Positions 14,765 to 19,943 of a stretch of DNA of 19,943 nt are shown here, in pieces; positions within the stretch are counted from its first letter, which is position 1, and each line of letters opens with the position of its first letter. Under the pieces are notes generated by a model. It saw only the letters and a list, made by a program, of their open reading frames with translations, did not search any database and had not been told where the DNA came from. Made by a program: the position numbers and the translations under genes. This DNA comes from an uncultured Candidatus Poseidoniales archaeon (GTDB taxonomy: Archaea > Thermoplasmatota > Poseidoniia > Poseidoniales > Thalassarchaeaceae). The stretch spans positions 2,915 to 22,857 of the forward strand of contig CAZXZO010000002.1 of the NCBI GenBank assembly GCA_964645485.1, in the 5' to 3' direction.

Positions 14765-15895
14765 TCACTCAATTTTGTGAACAGGTAATTTTAGGTCAAG
14801 AACCCAACCACCTAATTCTTCTACTTCAACTTCCCAATGAGTTTCTGCCTCGCTGATTTCTTCGGTACTTCTTAGTTTTACAGAAAAATTCCGACTTGTT
14901 CCTGCTGCAACCAACTGCTGCTTCGGTATCCTTGACATCTTCCAAGGTAATGTTGCTGACGCCCCCTTGATTGTCAAGTCGTATTTACCCGCGGTAACTT
15001 TTACTTCAGCAATCCATTCCTTCTTGATATAACGTAGTGTTCCTGTGATGAGTGGAAGCCCAACTTCTCTTTGGTAATCTTGACGTACAATGATAACAAG
15101 GCCTACAATGATTGCAACCACCAACAGCATGACAGGAAACATCCCTGCAATATTCGGGATTCTATCAAGAGTTTGAACCTGAGCATGGTCAATTCCATAA
15201 ATGGTTGAATTGAGGTCATCGACTAACATCACTGTCACTTCTAATCTCCACAGGTCATTGATGGTAAATGGAATTCCATCCTCTGCCAAGCGTTCTGAAT
15301 CAATGACCTGCGACCAGTTCGTGACATTACCGGCAGAATGGTAAAATGAGGATGACCAACCATAGTGGAGCACGACATCATCAGCAGTTCCATTTCCTAC
15401 AGGAGCATGGTCCACCGTAACATACCAGCGCAAATTTAGTGACTCCGCTAAATCCTCTAATGGTTCAATTTCAACTTCTAATAATAGTCCAGCAGATTGA
15501 GTCACATCAGTGGCAGGGGATTCTTCATCATCTTCTGTGGCTACAATATCAACACTGAGAGTCAATGTTGCTAGCGATGATATCTTGGTAGCATTCTCAA
15601 TTGACTCCCCATTCTTCCATTGTGAACAGGAATCTGCACCGAGTTTTTCAGCTCGTTGCTGTCCGGCTAAACTGCTTCCTTCACCATGAATCCAGTTTAG
15701 TGTGATATCGTTCTCTCCTTTCTCAACAATGTCAATTTCTTCAGCACAATTGTTGTCATCAATAAATGATTCAAAGACCGAAATTGATGATTCTTCAGCC
15801 TCAGCACTAACAGCCTCCAAGTTATCGGGAATGACAAAAAAAGTCAGATTTATCAAGATGAATGCAGCGATCATTACTGCCGAAAATCGTGTCAC
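14765..15895 (-). CDS. Hypothetical membrane protein (N-terminal signal/TM, acidic extracellular domain, second TM, basic beta-rich C-terminal domain)
   Basis: 376 aa ORF; GTG start overlaps the methyltransferase TGA (GTGA coupling); hydrophobic segments MIAAFILINLTFFVI and MFPVMLLVVAIIVGLVIIV. Confidence 0.75.
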   Translation of the reverse strand: MTRFSAVMIAAFILINLTFFVIPDNLEAVSAEAEESSISVFESFIDDNNCAEEIDIVEKGENDITLNWIHGEGSSLAGQQRAEKLGADSCSQWKNGESIENATKISSLATLTLSVDIVATEDDEESPATDVTQSAGLLLEVEIEPLEDLAESLNLRWYVTVDHAPVGNGTADDVVLHYGWSSSFYHSAGNVTNWSQVIDSERLAEDGIPFTINDLWRLEVTVMLVDDLNSTIYGIDHAQVQTLDRIPNIAGMFPVMLLVVAIIVGLVIIVRQDYQREVGLPLITGTLRYIKKEWIAEVKVTAGKYDLTIKGASATLPWKMSRIPKQQLVAAGTSRNFSVKLRSTEEISEAETHWEVEVEELGGWVLDLKLPVHKIE

Positions 15896-17574
15896 AGAGT
15901 CACCTCAATTCCTAGTGCATAGGTCAGGAGAGTGCGTTCGCAATCTGGCAACATGAGAGTCAACTTGCCACCTAGCCATGCAGGTAGCCACCACACCACT
16001 CCTTCATGATTGAACCGCAGTACCACACCTCCAGATGATTCCTTCTCAATAGTCGATATGCTTGGGGCGGCGACTTCCTTGTCTAAACTTCCCTTGAGTA
16101 ACATTTCCTCTAGTAACCCGGCTGATATTTCGTGTACACGATTAGATAATTTTGCTGCTGTAATATGTATTCCTTTGGAAGTTGGTCTTTGTAAAATTCC
16201 TTTGCGTATTTCCCACGTAGGCAGCCCTGCTTGAATGACTTGAAACGGATGCCAATGACAACCCGGCAATTTACCACCGCGTCTCAGCATTCTTTCACCA
16301 GCCCAGAACCAATCGTGAATCTCATTGCTGATGGTGTAGATTTTACTACCTCTAGTGAACATTTTTTCATAGTCAGCCCCCCATTCCTGAGAAATAGTCT
16401 TTAGCACATCAGTTGAGGTAGGCAGTTCGTGGTTTTTTGTTGGTGGAGGTGGTTCACTAATTGGCCGTTCTGCCATCTCACTTGTGGGCATTAATGCTTC
16501 AGCAACTTCGCTATTGCCGATATGTTCGAAAGATGCCACAAAGAATCCTCCTGAATCATTTTCATCACTCCAAATTCGTTGACAAAGAGGCAACGCGCTA
16601 GCGATTTCGGCTTCTTCAGGCGGTATCAGAATCTTTTCAGCATCATCAATATGCCCTCCTTTGCCATCACTTTTTTGATGAAGTAGAGGCCAAGTGGACA
16701 TTCCATTCCGACTAACTATTCCCGGGCATTTTTTATCAATTTCAGTATCAACTAATTTCAAAAATTCACAGGTCCGAAGAATCTCTGCTACCACCGCTTC
16801 ATTTTCAAGTGGGTCCATTGAACATGTAGAGTAAACCATTCTACCTCCCGGTGCGAGTAACATTGCACCCTTTCTGACTAAAGCAACCTGTAACTGATTC
16901 AATTTCCTTCCAGCCCGTTCAGTCCATTTGTTCCATAGTTCAGGATTCTTTCGCGTTGTCCCGCTACCTGAACATGGGGCATCCACCAATATCCTATCAT
17001 AGCCAGGATTTGGACAGCGAGGCAAATGCCTGCCATCATGACGAATAATTACCATCGAAGTAAGTCCAACTCTCTTAGAATTTGATACCAACAAATTTGC
17101 TCGCCCAGGGTTTGATTCATTGGCAACAACCACTCCCTCATCATCAATTGCTTCACACAATTGAGTCGATTTGCTGCCAGGAGCCGCACACATATCCAAT
17201 ATGTGATGCCCAACCTTGCAATTGAGTAGTTTTACAGGAACCATGCTAACTGCTTCTTGCCTAGTTATCCGACCTGAATCATGCAGGGCACAAAGCAGTA
17301 TTTTTGATTCACTTGAAGGCCATTTTCCCCTAGCCCAAGGCATTACCCAACCTTGTCCTCCCCCGCCTTCAGGTAACCACTGGAGCGGTTTTCCACCTAG
17401 ATAGGAGAGTATTTCCTCGGTCCATTTTTGGTCCTCCCGCAAAGGATTTACGCGCAAGGTTTCACTAAGTCTTGATTCAGCAGCCTCAAGCCATGGTTCT
17501 GGGTCGTCACGCCATGCTTTCACAGCCTTCCACAGGTCGCTTTTCGAAGGGTCTCCAAAGCCGAGTTTGCCCAT
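15892..17574 (-). CDS. RsmB/NOP2/NSUN family RNA cytosine-C5 methyltransferase (NSUN2/Trm4-like)
   Basis: RQEAVSM, ILDMCAAPGSKS (motif I), DRILVDAPCSGSG (motif IV Cys201), YSTCSMDPLENEAVV (motif VI Cys251), GGFFVA; SD GGGGGTGG upstream. Confidence 0.93.
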   Translation of the reverse strand: MGKLGFGDPSKSDLWKAVKAWRDDPEPWLEAAESRLSETLRVNPLREDQKWTEEILSYLGGKPLQWLPEGGGGQGWVMPWARGKWPSSESKILLCALHDSGRITRQEAVSMVPVKLLNCKVGHHILDMCAAPGSKSTQLCEAIDDEGVVVANESNPGRANLLVSNSKRVGLTSMVIIRHDGRHLPRCPNPGYDRILVDAPCSGSGTTRKNPELWNKWTERAGRKLNQLQVALVRKGAMLLAPGGRMVYSTCSMDPLENEAVVAEILRTCEFLKLVDTEIDKKCPGIVSRNGMSTWPLLHQKSDGKGGHIDDAEKILIPPEEAEIASALPLCQRIWSDENDSGGFFVASFEHIGNSEVAEALMPTSEMAERPISEPPPPTKNHELPTSTDVLKTISQEWGADYEKMFTRGSKIYTISNEIHDWFWAGERMLRRGGKLPGCHWHPFQVIQAGLPTWEIRKGILQRPTSKGIHITAAKLSNRVHEISAGLLEEMLLKGSLDKEVAAPSISTIEKESSGGVVLRFNHEGVVWWLPAWLGGKLTLMLPDCERTLLTYALGIEVTL

Positions 17575-17680
17575 TCATACCACCCCCATAACCGGTTGCA
17601 CAAACCTTCGTGCCCGTGACCATCCCTCAAGGGTTGTGGATGCGCTAACCCAATGAGCCATACCCACAGTCGCCTATTTC

Positions 17681-19084
17681 ATGGCGGTTGGTGGAGGTGA
17701 TGCATTCAGCCTTCCCGCCACCTTGTTGACTCTTATTTTACTGTGGTCGTTTTTACAGTGGTCTGCACCTTTATGGCTACCAGGAATGTATGAAAAATAT
17801 CCAGATAAAGCAAAATTTTTGCGTAATTTTGACCGCAGTTTAACAATCCTACCTGTGGTATTGGTGTTGCTTGTTGTCTTAGTATTATTCAGGATTCATT
17901 ATGTTCAAGATTTCAACCACGGTCATGTGGTAAATTTTGGAATTAATAGTTCATCAGCATTGCAAAGGATGTTACACGGTCCATTCAACACAGTTGGTTC
18001 GCCATGGTTAGGAATCATCATTTTATTTGCTCTAACTACTTTTGTAAAAGAGATTTTTGGCAACTCAGATTATTCATTATTTGATGATGAGAGTGCCGAC
18101 CTACGCGCCCGTGTATTAAGATGGCATGGATTTCTATGGCCATTGATGCTGGTTGGGTTTATTCCTTCAGATGCATTTTCAGTCCATTCGGAGCCACAAA
18201 CTTTCATCGGCTCACAAATTGTACCAATACAGACTACAATTACATTGATTTTTGCAGGCATCGGAATAGGCATCTGGCCCTATGCTATGGCAAATTATTC
18301 ACAGTCGGGTGAAATTGGTAAAGGTGACAATTTTCTGCTAGCCGGTATTCCTGCTGTACTAGCATTATTTTTCCTAGCGATGTCAAACTTAAGTTCACAA
18401 CAAATTGATGATTTTGATGAACTAATTGCTCTAGGGCAGTTCAGCCAAATATCTCTCGCCATTTCAATGGTTGTTTTATTGTTAGGATGGCCTGTCTTCT
18501 TGTTGTTATTGACTAAAGTACACCAAAAAAGAGGTATTGCGAAAGGAAGGCGTTGGCTTGGATTAACTCGCTCCCTCGCTCATACACTAATTTTGACTTG
18601 GATTTCTGGGGCAGTAATACTCGAATCTCTGCCTCACATTGATGGTTGGTTCAGTGCACTTTGGCTTTCATTGAATTTGATGCTTCCTCTAGCAATCTTT
18701 GGAGTTGTTGGGACCTTGCTCCCTATTGTAGGATTAGATTCTAGACCACGGCCAGAAGTTTGGGGATTTTACTTATTGATGAGTTTATCAATTCCTTTCT
18801 TGACAATAAGGGAACCTCTCACTGTAGTTTTAATGCCCGGCTTGTACATGTCAATGACGACATTACCTCTGTTAGCAACCCATCCAGAAAAGCGCCCCAA
18901 TCTCCCCGTTCAAACCAGAGGAATTGAATCAGGTGTGTTAATTGGATTAACAATTACAGCCTTGTGGGGATTGCACCACATGTTCTCAGGCGATTCACTT
19001 GCTATTTCCTTAGGTATTGGAATAACTTTGGTTTTACCATTGATATCACTACTATTACTGAACCGAAAAACAGCACTTTCTTGA
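17681..19084 (+). CDS. Hypothetical polytopic membrane protein
   Basis: 467 aa ORF with roughly a dozen or more hydrophobic segments and a polar GLDSRPRPEVWG motif; no family recognised. Confidence 0.75.
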   Translation: MAVGGGDAFSLPATLLTLILLWSFLQWSAPLWLPGMYEKYPDKAKFLRNFDRSLTILPVVLVLLVVLVLFRIHYVQDFNHGHVVNFGINSSSALQRMLHGPFNTVGSPWLGIIILFALTTFVKEIFGNSDYSLFDDESADLRARVLRWHGFLWPLMLVGFIPSDAFSVHSEPQTFIGSQIVPIQTTITLIFAGIGIGIWPYAMANYSQSGEIGKGDNFLLAGIPAVLALFFLAMSNLSSQQIDDFDELIALGQFSQISLAISMVVLLLGWPVFLLLLTKVHQKRGIAKGRRWLGLTRSLAHTLILTWISGAVILESLPHIDGWFSALWLSLNLMLPLAIFGVVGTLLPIVGLDSRPRPEVWGFYLLMSLSIPFLTIREPLTVVLMPGLYMSMTTLPLLATHPEKRPNLPVQTRGIESGVLIGLTITALWGLHHMFSGDSLAISLGIGITLVLPLISLLLLNRKTALS

Positions 19085-19228
19085 ACAAACTTAGTGAATT
19101 AAAAGGGGAAACTTGGTGTCAAAGAATACCCTACCAAAATCACCATCTTGAGGAGTTTTTGACCTGCAACGGTTATAGCACCGACAGTGCGCCTGCATTT
19201 CAGTTGACTGCGTTTAGTAGTCATCTAG

Positions 19229-19666
19229 ATGGGATGCGAAATGACGGAAGAGAGTGAGCGAGGAGTAAAGAGACAAAAGAGGATTAGTCCATTAGCAAAA
19301 GCCAACAAACAGGCTTTCAAAGCGGCTAGGGCTAGAGCCGAAAAAACATCACAACAACTTGATGAAACCAGAGAGTTCAGAACACGCTTCCAAGATATCC
19401 ACGAGCGTGCAGTAGAGAGCCAAGTTGAGCAAGGCCCGCTAGTTCCTGTTGAGGCACAGATGGAGGTTGAAGATGATGATTGGGTTTACCAGTCAATTGA
19501 TGAGGAAACTCTCCGTGAATTGAGTCATCGCGTAGTTCTTCAAACCAGTGCTGGTACGCGAAAAGTACTATTTGAAACTCAAAATCTCAATGAAGCAATG
19601 GATTGTGCAGCACGAATTGTAGAGTACAGTGATGGCTGTGTTTTGGTCGAAACTGTCGACCCTTGA
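19229..19666 (+). CDS. Hypothetical protein (basic N-terminal helix, acidic linker, small alpha/beta C-terminal domain)
   Basis: 145 aa ORF on the same strand as its neighbours; the start may be ATG 19241; TATA-like TTATAG at 19173-19178. Confidence 0.7.
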   Translation: MGCEMTEESERGVKRQKRISPLAKANKQAFKAARARAEKTSQQLDETREFRTRFQDIHERAVESQVEQGPLVPVEAQMEVEDDDWVYQSIDEETLRELSHRVVLQTSAGTRKVLFETQNLNEAMDCAARIVEYSDGCVLVETVDP

Positions 19667-19720
19667 GTGTAAATTAGCATTCGTCGCGTTCAAATAGGCG
19701 AGGCAGGTCGGGCGTTTTAC

Positions 19721-19939
19721 ATGGCAGTCAAGAAGGACAAGAAGTCGAAGGGGCCAAACATCCAGCAAGCTGCTGGGTTGATTCGCTACTTCGACGAGGA
19801 GTCAGATGATGCTTGGCAGATTTCAAAAGGCATGATCTACACTGTCTGTATTCTATTCTCGGTTGGCGTATATTTGGCTAACCAACCCAACCAGTGGGAT
19901 AACACTTGGATGTGGATGTGGGATAACCTGTTCGGCTGA
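19721..19939 (+). CDS. secG: Preprotein translocase subunit Sec61beta (archaeal SecG)
   Basis: Basic N-terminus, signature AGLIRYFDEE, single C-terminal TM helix; 72 aa. Confidence 0.9.
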   Translation: MAVKKDKKSKGPNIQQAAGLIRYFDEESDDAWQISKGMIYTVCILFSVGVYLANQPNQWDNTWMWMWDNLFG

Positions 19940-19943
19940 CTTT

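Noticed and set aside
17681-17695. Identical N-terminal MAVGG in CoxB and the 467 aa membrane protein
   Set aside because: Different codons, no further similarity and no DNA repeat; most likely coincidence.
18964-19257. Plus-strand ORF 18964..19257 spanning the intergenic gap
   Set aside because: Overlaps both neighbouring genes out of frame and covers a likely promoter; no motif support.
1-19943. CRISPR array, rRNA, IS elements, tandem repeats
   Set aside because: No regularly spaced repeats, rRNA signatures, transposase motifs or terminal inverted repeats seen; short (tca)n runs are Asp/Glu codon tracts within CDSs.

Overview
Archaeal chromosomal window. Evidence: Sec61beta, GAGGTGA/GGAGG Shine-Dalgarno sites, a CCA-less tRNA-Ser, LSGC lipoboxes and an Lrp regulator. 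Gene content and style suggest marine Thermoplasmatota, probably Marine Group II/Poseidoniales (inference). The core is a respiratory locus: a four-gene A1-type heme-copper oxidase operon (subunits II, I, III, IV; 9515->5115, minus strand), tRNA-Ser(UGA), and a SCO1/SenC copper chaperone. This locus is unusually decorated on the outer membrane face. Subunit I carries a fused N-terminal signal peptide, a Reeler/choice-of-anchor-V-like domain with a CxCH motif, and an extra TM helix. Subunits II and III carry Cys/His-containing outer-loop insertions. The SCO protein has a ~200 aa insertion (DUF4430/transcobalamin-like beta domain plus an EGF-like module) between its CxxxC and His copper ligands. 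A 668+ codon minus-strand gene missing from the ORF track (2006->window edge) encodes a membrane protein with a textbook peptidoglycan-binding domain. The rest is an orphan receiver protein, DUF167, a small TOPRIM protein, a SNF2 helicase, Lrp/AsnC, an NSUN2/Trm4-like m5C methyltransferase, several hypothetical membrane proteins and Sec61beta. I found no CRISPR array, rRNA, integrase or transposase. All family calls come from motif recognition by eye; no database search was run.
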